In this document: positions 33,859 through 47,427 of the stretch, piece by piece
How the letters are laid out: each line of letters starts with the position of its first letter
Position numbering within the stretch: the stretch's first letter is position 1
DNA from: Fimicolochytrium jonesii
Taxonomy: Eukaryota
DNA: 64,000 bases
Direction: 5' to 3'
Assembly: GCF_025526975.1 (NCBI RefSeq)
Contig: NW_026515699.1
Span: 186,001 to 250,000 of the forward strand
The notes under the pieces: model-generated
The model's database searches: none
Told to the model about the DNA's origin: nothing
Seen by the model: only the letters and a program-made list of their open reading frames with translations
Made by a program: the position numbers and the translations under genes

Positions 33859-35235
33859 ATGTCCCTCAACGGAGCCATATTTTCCCCAGACGGAACCCCC
33901 GTCCTCGTCGCGGGCGAGAAACTCTTCCTCAACCAAGGTACGCACACTTCTCCCATGAAGTCGTGGGAGTCATCTTGGCTTCCGCGCCTCTGACCGTTCA
34001 TTTCCACTACCTCAATCCTGTCCCAATACTATTTCTGTGATGTAGGGGGTGTGATGCTCGAGTATGAGAGTGGAAAGTATGTCTCTTCAGTCCCACCCCT
34101 GTGTTGCACCCCATACCCGCCGGTGATGTCCAAAGTGAGACGGTTAATTTACACATTCCTTGGCACTTCCCCTCCCATAGCGGCTACCCCGGCCAGGGCA
34201 ACAACTTCTACTCGCAAAAAGGGACACTGTTCCTCAGTAAGTGGCTCGAGATATGCATCACACCATTCCGGATGTATGGTTGTCTGAAGAGGTTTTGATA
34301 TGAACACAGCAAATCGACGCGTGATATATGTCTCGGTGCCGCAGATGGATTTCTTCCAGAATTTGAATGTGAGTGGTGTAGGGGGAAAGGGGGAGCGGGT
34401 GCAGGGGATGCCTTCATCTGTGCGGTTTGGCTGCGGCATTGGGCTTACTTTCTTCGTATTGCGGCGTTTGTAGGTCCCACTGGATTGTCTGAAGTGAGCA
34501 TCAACCTTTCGTTGGCCGTCGCATAGGGGACCACGCGGCGGAACGACGGTTATCAGTGGGGATGTACGTGGGCGATGGAAGGTCGGAAACCAACGCATCT
34601 ATCCTCTCGTCCCCCAGGGAAGGCAAATTCCAACAACCCTGGCTACAATCCAACTACTACGAAGGTGAGAATTGTCCGTCAGTTTCATTAGCGGAAACGC
34701 TGATCTGATTCTGTTTTTCAATGCAGCAACCGTCCAACCAATCCCCAACGGCGGGCTAACACTCCCCGGGCGGGCAAAATTCTCGTTCAAGGAGGGGTAG
34801 GGGGATCACTGTTCCGGGGATTCGAATGCAGCTTTTGGAACGGACGGGACTGATATCCGGGATTTTGATGGTTTTGTAGGGGCGGATTCGAGTTCTCGAG
34901 CATGTTTATGCAGCTACGTTCGCGGCTCACTGGTTCGTCCCTCTCCGCACTATCCCCACATTCACATTCATCCGTATGGTCGTATCTCTGACTCTACGTC
35001 ATCCGCAGGCGACACACTCCCCCACGAAGAATCCCTGCCCATGTACACGCCCGTCGCCAACGCGGCACCGTCTGGATCAGCATCGGCGAGTAACGCGGCG
35101 CCTGTGTTTCCGGTCCCGTTGCCGCCGGCGTTTTCTGAGAGGGGGGCCGAGGGAGCACATCCTGGGACTGCGGGTGGCGCGGGTGGCGCGGAGGGAAGAG
35201 TTGGAGAGGGGGAGCAACCGCCGGCGTATCCGTGA
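33859..35235 (+). CDS. WBP2-like PH-GRAM domain protein with C-terminal PY motifs (many short exons)
   Basis: MSLNGAI..PVLVAGEK, KGTLFLSN.RVIYV, FQQPW...NYYEATVQPIPNGGL, KFSFKEGGGFEF, LPMY and PPAYP*. Confidence 0.8.
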
Positions 35236-35606
35236 GACATGCAACCCGCTTTCAAAGAACCAAGATATGGTGGGGGTTGGGGCCAAAGTGTGCGCAGAAG
35301 GTTTTTGAGGCCGCCCGTTTTTCCGTTTTGTTTGGCATTCCCACATTCGTCATGCTTCACAATGGGCTCACTTTGGGGCCTTCCAACCCCGACCTTCACA
35401 TTACACCAGCATACAGCAAAATAGCTTGTAGAAATCTCTTTTAGTGCATAGGTTCGTGTGCGATGAAAATGGAACTTTTGATAAATATACTGTAAATACA
35501 GTGCGTTGCTTTCGAGTGATGACTATCGATGTGTGCTGTCTCGCGGCCTACCCTAGCCTCCTGTATGTGGTGCCAAACCAAGGCCCACGCCTCCCTCACA
35601 ACCCCG

Positions 35607-36300
35607 TCAGTCAACCCTAACTTTCTTGACGAGCGCCGGCGCCTCCCCCTCCTCCTCCTCCCCATCATCCTCCTCCTCATCAGCCCCCCTCTTCAACCCC
35701 TTCGTCTTCCTCGTCTGCAGCTTGCCCAGATCCTGCTTGTGCATCACCGAGCGCGTTGCGTTCGATGTTTTTTGTCTTTGATTGCTAAAAATTAATCAAT
35801 CCTAGGAAGGGGGTTGCCGAGATACATGACCCGAAGAACAAGTATGATCATTACCATCAGTTCCTTCGGAACCTTCCTAGCAGCCTTCCAAGTCTCCCCG
35901 TCCGCACCGCGATGTCTCCTAACCACCCAATCCGCCGCCGGCCGCATCTCGGTGAACTCCACCCTGGGTAATTTGGGGTCCCGCTCTTCTTCAGCTGAAT
36001 AGTGTACGTGCGCAATTTCACCGTTTTCGAGTCGACGGCGGGTGAGCGAGAGCACGTGCTCGATGCCCTCCAGTGTTGCTGTACCGCGGTACGTATCCAA
36101 CGGGATCGATTTCATAGTCCGGAGCTCGTCAGACCCATCCCACGCATCCCCCGCAAAAGGAATCAACGGCCGATGCCCAGGAGCACTTTTAGGTCCATCG
36201 ACAAACTCCATCGGCAGGCCTCGCTCCACGCCGACTTCGATCGTATCGAGCAGTTGGTGGTCGAGTGTGCGTGCAAGAATTGCGCTGAATCGATGTGCTG
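35607..36300 (-). pseudogene. RPF2: 5'-truncated, frameshifted RPF2 (Brix domain) copy
   Basis: ARTLDHQLLDTIEVG, LEGIEHV, PKLPRVEFTEM, WKAARKVPK, KNIERNALGD, then after a frameshift HKQDLGKLQTRKTKGLKRG; N-terminal half absent. Confidence 0.75.
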
Positions 36301-36436
36301 CGAGTGGATGGGCGGGCGTGTGGTGCTGGAACATTCGAATTTTCATAAACAGTGGGAATCCATGAAACAAGATCGAGGTGATCGGATAACGAGAGAATGG
36401 GAAAGAAGAAATGATATTCAATACGCTTTTTTGCAG

Positions 36437-37880
36437 CTACAAAAGGGATTGAAACAGTTCAGAGTTTGTATTTACGTGAAGATTCTACAACGGTCTTCTG
36501 CCTGTCACGGAGCTGTCTGCTATTTGAAGGTTCCCGGCTTTCTAATAGACTCATGCCGACTAACTTTTCTAGCTCTTCGATCGCTTCTTTGGATCTACCG
36601 ACATAGACTCCTGTGGGATGAGGAATGGGTTAACGCTTCGAAAACATGAGAGCGCACAGTTTTGCGTGGTGCGATCAAACATACGGATGGGTGTCATCCC
36701 GACATCCTTGGCTGCCTTGAGGTTTCTGCAATGTCGGCGAGGCGTTTTAGCATTGCAGATCTAGACGCCTTCCGAACTCGCGCAAACTCCACTCATGACA
36801 CCTACGGGCCGATATCATCCAACATGATAGCCTCACTCGGCTGCACTCCCATGCGATCACACGCGTAGCGAAAGATCTCCGGATCTGGTTTGCGCATACC
36901 GACAAGGCTCGACTCGATGTACTCATCAAACAGCGCTACAAGCTCCGCGGGTGGTCTTCCGAACGCCTGTCCTGCTGAATCGGGGTCGGCGGTCGGCGTT
37001 TCTTCACTTTGGAAGTTGTTGGTCAGCGCAGCGATCTTGAAGCGCTTGCTTTCTGAAATCGCAAAACATCCGGGTTAACGATTCTGCCCGGTGCATCAAC
37101 ACCTTCTCAATGTCCTATGGATCACCTTTGAGTTTGCGGACGGCGTTGAGGACCAGCAAGTCAGGTTTCTGTGCCTCTTCCATCATGAAAGTGAACAGCT
37201 CTTTGCCATCGACTGTGATCTGTGGTATTTGATCCTCTGCTGCAAAAATAGAAGCGTGAGTAAACCGATCGCAAACAGGAACGACGAGATCGCGGTGGAA
37301 ACGGCCCACATCCGGCGTGAAGTAAGTTGAACAAAACATACATATTCGTTCTCCGCCCTTCTTGACGAGATACTCTACATATGCCTTTGCGTTCGTCGCG
37401 TGGTCGGAGCATTGCCTCCCGAACTCGGGATAGAATTCTGACAGTTTCAATTCCCCACGCTCCAGCTTCTGAAACGCTCCATGCTCGCCCTGAACTGAGC
37501 TACCAAAACGTACGGAGGAGAATTGAGCATTCCGGTTAGTGTAAACACACCGAAGAAGAGCTGGGATGGGAGAGTGGAGTGCACGTGGGAACGCACTACG
37601 CAAAATCAAATTGGCGGGTCCCACCTCTCGCATGGAAGCACGGAGACACACAGGAAGATACATGACAGCAAACACACCACGTGGGGTAAGGCAGCAGGAA
37701 TGAAATTGAGCGGGGATAGGGTCCCCCCTACCTCCGAGAGTACAGTACATACATTGCGACGTTCAGGTAGTTTTCTGGAATTCCGTTCTGACGCTCGAAG
37801 GTGCGTATCCCCTCGAGCGGGCTGTGGACGCAGACACCGCCCATGTCGAAGAAGACGGCCTTGAAGCGTGGTGCCTTCAT
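36437..37880 (-). CDS. HAD-superfamily hydrolase (sEH N-terminal/ACAD10-like), multi-exon
   Basis: KAVFFDMGGV, AFQKLERGEL, IAALTNNF, ESSLVGMRKPDPEIF, MLDDIGPNLKAAKDVGM. Confidence 0.9.
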
Positions 37881-38167
37881 CGTCCTACACAGCAGGTGGG
37901 GGGGGAGAGGGGAAGAGAGGGAGGGTTCGGCGGAAGTGTCTGCCGCAGACGTAGCTTGCTGGGCGAGATGTCGTCGCTCTCTGCGGTCTCCTCGCTCTAT
38001 TCCCAAAGCCCAACGCCCATCACACGCGTGAGTCAGCGCTCGCAGCTTGCTTCCGCTCGGCCATCGGCGCCCCCCCGCTAACACAAAACATCCATAACGC
38101 ACCCCCACCACCACCACCCCCACATACTTCATACATAGACGCCCTCCCCGTACCTCGTCGTGAAAAC

Positions 38168-41100
38168 ATGGATATCGACGAGGCCCTGAGCCAGCACGAG
38201 CTGCACGAGTCGCTCTCCACAGATAGTCTCGCCTCAAACAAAAACAACAAGGCCGCCGGCGCCCCGTCGAAATGGCGTCCTACCTCAGGTCATTTTGGCC
38301 TCAAAGCCGCTTCCAAATACAGCAACTCGTTCGATAACCTGGCGTCTCCAATGACTCCTCGGGACTTGGGGCAAAACCTGGCCAGCCTTAGAAGAGCCCA
38401 GTCGGTCAAAGATGTCGGGCAAAATGACGCTCCAATGCCGATGAGCACCACAGACCTCACCTCGGCAATACTGGGTGCCAGCTCCATAGAAATACTGCAG
38501 ACTACATCTACCACCTCGCCACAACAAACCGAATCCGCCTCAATAACTTCCCAGTCCGTAGCCGCGGCACCGGCAGCTGCAGCTCGGCCTCCGGTGCTTC
38601 GCTCGCGGTCATCATACTCCTTCCAGTCCATGAGCAACTTGCTCACTCTATCAAACCTGACAAGGCACCTCCGGAAGCAATCCACAATAGACGGTACGAT
38701 ACAAATACCTTTGGCGACCGCAACAGTGGCCCCTTCCAGCACATCGACGGGAAATCCACGGCCGACTCCCAAGGTAGATACATCCCTCTTGAAGGATAAA
38801 GATGGATTCCTGAAAGACATCAGCTCTCGTGGGTTTTCGGGGTTATGGAATCATCCTATTACGCGGTAAGCCATCGTTTGGGTGCGTCAAGTTTCACAGT
38901 GAAGTGATATGCTAACGTTTGCATACACCATAGGTGCTACTTCCTGATGTTTCTTCTGTGGCGAAATCTGGAGAATCTCTATGTAAGACGCGCCGGCCTT
39001 TTCCGAGTACAGGTTAACAAACTGAAACGTTGGGTCGTCCATTTTCCGGATAGTACTTTCGAATGGACGCTCAGAACTTTCGTGTCGACTTTCCATACCT
39101 GTACAGCTCCGCACGGAAGAGCCAAGCATACCGCATCTACAATACATACCTGTCGAGAACATCGCCAATGTACATTCTGCGACAAATACCCGAACACTAC
39201 CAATTGGCACGGAACGTGATCGACAAGATCAAACTCACCCTAGAAAGTCCCACCCCGATCCTTTTTGACGACATGGCGTTTGTTGTCTTGAACTGGCTGC
39301 ACGACATCCACGACGGGGCACCCATTTCAGATAGCCCACAATTACCGTCCTCAGATAAAGACGCCGCGCCAGCGAGTCCGACAGCAGGTCAACCCTTCAT
39401 CGAGACGGCGTTCTTTCAAGCAATGCGCAACGATTTGAGAGGCACCCGCCACCTGACGACAATACAGTACAACAGGGCGGCGGAGCGGATCACGGACATG
39501 CCTCCGTTCACGTATGAGAGCGGGGAGGTGTGGGAGAAGCTGATGACGACGTTGGAGGTGATGGGGGTGGACTGTGAGAGGTTTCGGGCGAGGGGCGCGG
39601 GCGCCTCTTTGCACCGGAAGTCTTCGCAGAAGGTGGGGGATTTTGAATTGGGCATTTTGTCCTGAATGCGTGTGCTGATGATCTCTCGAATACACAGGAA
39701 TCCGGAAAAGCTACCACATCCAGATCGAGAAGTGCCTCTTCGATGAACGATCCACGCAGACCACTCACCCCTGATAGTCCGGACGAGATGACGGCAAATG
39801 TTATGAAGGATTGGAAGCGGACGTCCACGGTGAGTCTACTAGTCATTCTGCCACCTTGCCGTATGCCGATACAGGAGTGACTCAGCACTGACCGCTCCCA
39901 GAATCAACTAAACCCAGTCGTCTTCGCCTCAAACGACCTCGCCCACACCTTCGTTCAATACTCCGGCACCGACCAACTCTACTGCGAATACTGCTTCAAC
40001 CCCCTCGACGCGCCCATCTCCACCTACCGCTGCGAGTCCTGCGGGTACATGTGCCACAAACAGTGCCGCAAAGAAACCCACGTCTCCTGCGTGAAACCCA
40101 GCACCGCCCTCGACGTCGAAGACCAGTCTGAAGTCCTCTCGGAAAAGATGGCGCGGTCGACGGAGAAGATGCAGGCGATACAAAGGGAGATTGATATTGA
40201 GAGTAAGATTAGAGACGGATTGAATAATTTGAGGAGAGCGAAGGGGGAGTTGGGGAAAAGTTCAAAGAAACCGATGCCGGTGGAGGTGGATTCGCAGATG
40301 GAGCGGTCGGATCGGAAGCTGGAGGCGTTGAAGCATGAGTTGCAGAAATGTCGGTTGCAGTTGGCGGCGTTGTCTGCGGCGGCTGCGGCGGCTGCGAATA
40401 TCTCGGCGGCCCCAAGGGATGAGGTTGGGGACGCGACGTTGGGCGGGCATCGACGGATGGGGAGCGCTTCGACCACCGTGTTGCAGAACATTTCGGCTGA
40501 TGGGGAGGTGGTGAAGATCGTGACGATGGATTCCGCACGTAAAGCGGAATCCACAAAAACTTTCTACGTCACCACCGACACGACCATCAAGCAGCTGATC
40601 ACCATGGCCCTGCAGAAATTCATGTTCTCGGGTAACGCCGAGGATTATCGCCTATCGTACAAAACGGCAGACGCGGAGGAAGTTCCCCTCCGACACGAAG
40701 ACCACCCCTTCCGTCTCGGACTCAACCTCATCGACACGCCCTTCCGGCTCACGGTCAACTTTGACAGCGCCGACCCAACCGGCGGCACCACCTCTCCCAA
40801 CGCTAAACCAGCTGCGCTCACCCGCGAAGACGCAATCCGCCAACGCAAAGAACGCGAAGTCCTGCTCGAAATCGCCGAAACCGAAATCAACTACACCGCC
40901 GACCTCCACAACATCGTCGCCCTCTTCTTCCGCCCCCTCTCCGTCGCCACCGTCCTCACCCACGAATCCGAAGCCAACATCTTTGCTAACCTCAAGGAAC
41001 TTGCTGACACCCACCAGAGTATCGCGAACGCACTGCAGGTCATGATGCCGGATATCATGACCAAAGACATGTTAACCGATATCATATCATTGTTCTCACG

Positions 41101-43205
41101 CCACGTCGACTCCCTCGCGGCCTATGAAGTCTACTGCCGCAACCAACACAACGCGCGCCGCACCCTCGCGCGCCTCAAAGAAGACCCGACGTTCCTCAAA
41201 ATCCTCACCCAATGCGAATCCAACCCAAAACTCAACAAACTCTCCCTCGCGGACCTGCTAGTCAAACCGATGCACCGCGTGACCCGGTACCCGATCCTTT
41301 TTAAACGGCTGTTGTCGAATTTACCAAAGGCGACGTTGGAGCATGAGGTTGTGAATGAGTTGATCAATGGGATTGAGGAGAAGGTGGCGGGGATCAATGA
41401 GAGTGTGAGGAAATGGGAGGCGGATTGGAGGATTCATGTTATTGAGGACTCGTTGGATTTCAATGGGGTTGTTGAGGTGGGTGGCATCACATCACCTGCC
41501 TGTCGGCCCCACCCCACACTTTATACTGACCGACGGTTTTTGGGGGCTATCCTCCCATGTATTCAGCGATTCAAAGTAGCAAACGGAAGACGGGAACTCA
41601 TCACCGAGAAAACGTTCACGTACCTGAAAAAGAACACCAACGGGACGGTGGAAGTCTCCGTCTTGTTCTTCACGGATCTGTTGATGATCATCCGGTCGAA
41701 GAAGGCCGCGGACTCGTATCTGCTGTTCAGGCCGCCGATCCCGTTGGAGGCTGCGGTGTTTCTGGATAAACCTGATGCCGATGGTACGGTGTTGGCGTTC
41801 TCATAACTATGTGTAACTTGTGATCTGACATTTGATGTTAGGGATGAAAAACATCTTTCGCATAGTGCACCTCCACCAAGAAACCCACTCCTTCCAAGCC
41901 ATCTCCGCCTACGACAAAAACACCTGGCTCACCGAAGCCGAAGCGATCCGCATGCAGTTCTGTCTCCTCCACTACTCGCACGAAAACAACCTCCTCGCCC
42001 TCGCACTCAAAGCGTACTCCCACGATTCTGATACCACCACCACATCCGCCCCACTCTCACCAACCCCCAACGACAGCAAAACCCCCGGCACCGGCACAAT
42101 GCGCCGCCGCTACACAGCCTCCCCCCGCGCCTCGGTCCGCAAACACACCCAATCAGTCGACCTAACCCCCTCCGAACAGTCCTCGGTGATATCCGAAGAC
42201 TCTCCAGGCACGACAACCACCGGCGCAGACGTCAAGCGCGCAGGCTCGTGGGCGCACATGCTGAAATCATCGTTCAGGAAAGCCAACCCGTTGACGCAGA
42301 CGATGCTTGACGCGTCGTCGTCGGAGGACGTGCCGGCGTTGCCGATGCGGAGCGCGAGTGAGAGTGGGTTGAGTTCGTCTGAGCCGGGGTTGGGCGGCAG
42401 TCTGGGCGGGTCGGTGGTTAGCGAGGTGGGGGCTGCGGAGACGCCGCCGAGGAGGAGGGGAGGGAAGCATAGGAAGGCGCCGTCGTTTTCGGCGAGTGTG
42501 GGGTCGTTGGTGGACCGCACGGGGGGGACGGGGACGCCGCCGCCGGTGTCGATGCCATTGGAACGGGATGGTAGTGTGGGCAATACGGCGCCCAGTACGG
42601 CTACGGGGACGATATCGGAGGAGGATGGGAATCACGTGCCTGGTATTCCGCCGCTGACCATCTCACCATCGGCGCCGAGTTCAGTCCGCGGCGGGACCGC
42701 GACGCAGGAGGTGCATAAACCACGCAAGAACAAGAAGAAAAGGCTCTCCTCGCTGCAGTTTGTCTACTTCGAGGATAAACCCGCTAAAAGCCCCGACAAC
42801 CCCAACTACCACCCGGTAGAAGTCGTCAGCCCCGATGGCGCCGCCCACACCTCCACCACCAACGAGACAGTGCACCCCACCAACGTCATAACATCACCAA
42901 CCGCCCGCCGCAACAACAGCAACACAAGCTCCGACCCCCCCTCCGCCATCGCCTCCGCGCCGCCCATCCAGCAATCCACCCCGGCACCATTCCCCTCCTC
43001 ACCCCTTGACCTCACAAACCTCGCCGACAGGAAAAACGCCGCGAGGACTGTGTCGTTACCTGACCAGCCGCTGGCTGAGGGAGGGAAGGGAAAAAAGGGC
43101 ACGTTGGGGAGACATTGGTGGACTTCGTGGGGCGGGAGGGGAAAGGGTAGTGGGAGTGGGTCGAGCGCGGGGAGTGCGGCGGGGGGGTCGCAGAATGGGG
43201 GGTGA
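38168..43205 (+). CDS. Dbl-family RhoGEF with RGS-like, C1, HR1, RA/ubiquitin-like, DH and PH domains
   Basis: ENLY..DAQNFR..AYRIYNTYLSRTSPMYI (RGS-like); HTF..YCEYC..YRCESCGYMCHKQC..SC (C1); REIDIESKIRDG..LRR (HR1); EIAETEINYTADL..LADLLVKPMHRVTRYPILFKRLL (DH); LFFTDLLMI..KNTWL (PH). Confidence 0.85.
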
Positions 43206-43760
43206 GGCGAATGGGAGAGATACATTGAGGGGGGATTTCGGAAAAGAGTTTTGGAACGAGACGATAGACACATTTTTGATTTTTGTGCTTTTTTGGATTC
43301 TGGTTTTCTGGAACTGGTTGTATATAAGTGTATTGTGAGTGTTGGTGAAATGCCAACCCGTTCTCGGCCCGTGGAGACATATGATCCTTGAAGACCATCG
43401 GATATGGGTGGCTACAACACCTACGATTTTTCGCATCTTTCCAGTCTTTCATTCCGTATCTCATCAACGGGTCTTCGAAATCGACTGTGACGGCAAGTGT
43501 TAAAATTCGACAGCGCGACCCCTTCGCCGCCGAGCCGGGGGTTCAATCTCTCCCCGCATCCTGGTATGGTGGATTACAGAAAGCCCCGCTGGAAGCTGGA
43601 GCCACCCGCTTTTGCTGTGTTGACCGGGTCTTCTCCGCTTCTCCGCCAGCGCCGAGAGATATAAAGATCCGGCAAGTCGTTTCCCCGCCGTTTGGTGCCT
43701 CCCGCTCTCCGCGCTCATACTTTTTTCGAACCTAGCACTTACAATTCATCGCACGCACCA

Positions 43761-45503
43761 ATGTCGGACACGGATATAATAGATCCGACCCCCACGGGGT
43801 TGCCTGACGGTTCTGATGGGAAGAATGTTACTGGCGGGGATGATGGCGGCGGCGAGTCTGCAGGGCTGTATGCATCGATGTCCGGGGACGAAGTGGCGCT
43901 CATGGTGGCCGATTCGACCTATTTCTCCAATTCGTATTTGCAGATTGTGCTTCATGTGAGTTTTTTGCGGGTTCATGCTTTCGTTCAAGGCATTAGGGCG
44001 TGAGGGGCTCAACATGAGAATCACCGTCGCAGGTTTACATCTTCGCCCTGCTCGCGGACCGCATCTTCTCCATCAAGCACAGGCTCACGTCGCGGGTCTT
44101 CATCGCTGCGGTGGCCGTACAGATCATGACCTCAGGTTTCAATATCGTAGGTATGTGGACCGAATCTCTTCGCCCGCCCCTCTAATCCCAAAATCTGACT
44201 GGTCACTAACTCACACCCAACTCACGCAGGCAACGGCAATGAATGGTTCTTCGGATGGACCGGCTCCATCTTCTTCTACTTTGTGCGCGCCGTGCTGCAG
44301 ACCGTCGGCCAGCAGCTGGTCATCTACCTCAACTACCTGCGCGTCGCCGAGCCATTGCGCAGGCTGAACAGACCGTGGGTGCGCTATGTCTTCCTGGGTA
44401 TTGTAAATCTGAATTGGTTGGTCGTGGGCGCTCATGGTGAGTTGGAAGGAGGAGTCGGTGTCGTGGCTATAGAGTCCCTTCAACGTCCTTCAATCCGGTT
44501 CCCCATCCCTCATTATGTCCCTTGACATGCCTCTGCCCAATTCCAGAAATCATGCCCCTGATCAATTACGTGGGACACGGGGAGAATCAAGATTACATGT
44601 TCTCGGATGGGCTGCTGTATTTTTCAATCGGTAAGCTCATGACGGAAAAGACTCAAAACCCACAATCTAACCATTTCCTTTCATATCCTACATAGTCTAC
44701 GCCTTGTTTATCGACACCCTATTGAACGGATACTGCATGAGGGCGTAAGTATCGAGATCACGCCGATCGGTGACGACCCATACGCGCGAGGTGTGTAGCC
44801 AGCGGAATCGTGATTGATCTACCGCCAACTCTACAGGCTATATCAAAGCCCCGAGATATCGTCACGGAAAACCGGCCCCGAAACAGCGCATTCGTCCAGC
44901 GGCCGCGGCAACACATTCAAGCTCTTGAGCCCGTCCAGTTTGAGTCGGTGGATGCGGGACGCGATCTCCTCCGAGCAACTATCCTTTTTCATCGCGTTCT
45001 TCCTTCGCATCGTGCTGTTCATTGCAGCAGACTCGATCTACGCCGTGGCGCTGATTAGGAAATCGGACGTGGGGGATGTCTCGATGGAAGGCTTGGTTTT
45101 GTGGGGGTTGGGCATGGCGCTGCGCGTGCTGAAGCCATATCTGCTGGTCACCGATATGGCGCGTATAAGGGTGCTGATGGCCGCGTTGCCGAGGCGTGGC
45201 CAGGACGCCAATGATGGTGTGACCTTCGAGAAGAAGCAGGGCAAGGCTAGCACCACCTCCGGGGGGAATGGTCACAGTCACGCCGATGGAACGAAGACGA
45301 GGACAGGTCTCGGGCAGGAGTCAATTATGCCGCCGATGGGCCATGGGACGGCAAGCCCGACGCACTCGATGATGTTGGAGTGCGCTGATGCAAAGCGTGA
45401 TGGGTATAGCGGGGTAGATGCAAGGATTCTCAAATCGAACTCATTGGAAGGGAATAGGCATGGCGGGTCGGATGAGGAGAATCAAGGCAGCCAGGAGATA
45501 TAG
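43761..45503 (+). CDS. Multi-pass membrane protein, possibly 7TM/GPCR-like (multi-exon)
   Basis: Successive hydrophobic exons joined by GT-AG introns; N-glycosylation sequon (NVT) in the N-tail; YLNYLRV at the end of the third helix; polar C-tail. Confidence 0.55.
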
Positions 45504-45603
45504 CTCATGGGCGTAGCAACGATCGAGGGGAAGCAGGCATAGAACGCAGTAGGACGGAACCTACGTATACCCCAGCCCGAGCAAATAGAAAACGTTGGAC
45601 TAT

Positions 45604-47427
45604 TCATCTTGTCCCCAGCGCATTCTGATATCCAAATCGTATCGATTCCGTTCCCACCATGTTGCGCATAGTAGCTATGTCGGCTTTATACCCTCCATAC
45701 GCAGAGTCCGGGAAGGTGACTCCCACGTACTGATTCGCAAGGTCCAACACGCATGCGATGACCTGTAAAACCCGTCGGCACTTAGCATCCCGTTCTTTCT
45801 TAGCTGCTGCCTCACTCGCCCGGACTGGGATGTTCGTTTCGGCGATGAAGGCATTCAGACAGAGCTTGGCAGTCAAGACCAGGTGAACTGTCGTAAGCGG
45901 ATGGTAACGTTCGTAGCACACCAGATACATAGCGAGGATGTACAGCGAGAGTATAGCGGATGGCCACCCTTGGGCACTGGTGGGACCGGCGCATTTCGCC
46001 GTCTGGAAGAGCTTCGAGAGATACTGGAATGCAGCCATGCTGTGGACGATGCGAGACCCGCCCAGGCATTCAGCTGTGGCTTCCCATTCAAATGTTGTTT
46101 GCAGAAACTCCGCATGCAGAATCTGATACTGGCGATCGTTCAAATCGGGGTGAGTCGTCAATTGTAACTTCCGGAAGACATTGCCGATGAACTGCGTGAT
46201 GTAGCACGGTGCCCGAGGTAACCCAGCTGGGTCGTGTAAAGCCGAGTGCACATTGTCGAGCGCATCTAATCCCGAGAGCTCCAGCGGAGGAGGGACCCAC
46301 TCGCCTAGCCTGCCGTGGAGGAAGCGGTCGACGAGCATGAAGCCGTTAACAGGATCGACCGGAACATGGGAAAGTGCTTCAGGAACCCTACATGCTGAAC
46401 ATGGGCAATAGTACCCATGTTCACTGCACAGCGAGAGATTCAATTGGCGGCAAGCAGTTGCAGATTCCCCGACCACATCAGGCGAGATCTTCCCAGAAGG
46501 TGGTATCTCGTCCGCACTTCGCCCATCCATCGCTCGCCGTGTTCCATCTCCACCACACCTGTCGCAAACGCAAGTAAATCTATATTTTTCCATAAGAGCT
46601 ATACGGCGGTCGTCAGGTTTCAGCATTGCATCCACATACGTGATGGTCAGTTCCTCGCCAGCTTCGATGTCACGGATGGCCCGAATGACCTGGGTGCGTC
46701 CCCTGAAGACTACAGTGCAGTTTGGGTTGCAGGAGTGATTGAGAAGGGAACCTAATGGGTAGGTTCCTTCGCCGATGGGGAACAGCTCGGTGTCCGCGAT
46801 GGAAGCGTTGTTGCAATGGAAGCGATGGAGGAACAAGGCTAGTTCACCGTCGGAAAAAGCAATCTTTCGGTCCCGAGCTCTCGTGGCTGTGATGACAGCC
46901 TGACGGTGACGTTCATCCACGACCTCCGGATGCCCCACTAGCGTCGCAAAGGCCTCTATGTTGATCGCTTTCGCTGCATCGCCGTCGGTCAACGCTGTGG
47001 TGACCTTGACTAGCATCTCCACATCTCGCCGCAAGTCGCCGTCGCCAGAGGTCATCCACTTGCACACCTTCTTGTGTCCCGCCGTCCAGTCCTGTCGCTG
47101 ACACTCCGCCCCGCAGTAGAGGGCTCCCTTGCACCTCGCACATCTTTGGAGCTGCACTTCTTCATCTGGAAAACGAAAACAGTAGCTGCAACAGGCCAAG
47201 TCTGTGGCGACGGCCGCAAGAGGCTCTGAGCTGAAGACCGTGGTGCCTCGCCCGATGCCGTCCTCCGATTTCGCAACAAGTTTGCGAAACTTTTTCGGGC
47301 AATGTTCTAAGGCCAGCCCGCGCTCGTTCAAGAATAGGCCAAGTGCAGACCCAGTTCCTCCACTCGAGGCGGCGGCGCCATTCGAAGCCTTGGAACTCCC
47401 TTCGGTGGTGGGGGTGTTGGCAGCCAT
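45604..47427 (-). CDS. SET and MYND domain lysine methyltransferase (SMYD family)
   Basis: CSYC..RCARCK..YCGAECQRQDW..HKKVC (MYND); LLNHSCNPNC, ELTITY, YRFTCVCDRC (SET/post-SET). Confidence 0.92.
   Translation of the reverse strand: MAANTPTTEGSSKASNGAAASSGGTGSALGLFLNERGLALEHCPKKFRKLVAKSEDGIGRGTTVFSSEPLAAVATDLACCSYCFRFPDEEVQLQRCARCKGALYCGAECQRQDWTAGHKKVCKWMTSGDGDLRRDVEMLVKVTTALTDGDAAKAINIEAFATLVGHPEVVDERHRQAVITATRARDRKIAFSDGELALFLHRFHCNNASIADTELFPIGEGTYPLGSLLNHSCNPNCTVVFRGRTQVIRAIRDIEAGEELTITYVDAMLKPDDRRIALMEKYRFTCVCDRCGGDGTRRAMDGRSADEIPPSGKISPDVVGESATACRQLNLSLCSEHGYYCPCSACRVPEALSHVPVDPVNGFMLVDRFLHGRLGEWVPPPLELSGLDALDNVHSALHDPAGLPRAPCYITQFIGNVFRKLQLTTHPDLNDRQYQILHAEFLQTTFEWEATAECLGGSRIVHSMAAFQYLSKLFQTAKCAGPTSAQGWPSAILSLYILAMYLVCYERYHPLTTVHLVLTAKLCLNAFIAETNIPVRASEAAAKKERDAKCRRVLQVIACVLDLANQYVGVTFPDSAYGGYKADIATMRNMVGTESIRFGYQNALGTR

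Noticed and set aside
43520..43560. tRNA-like B-box (GGGGGTTCAATC)
   Set aside because: No cloverleaf or A-box can be built
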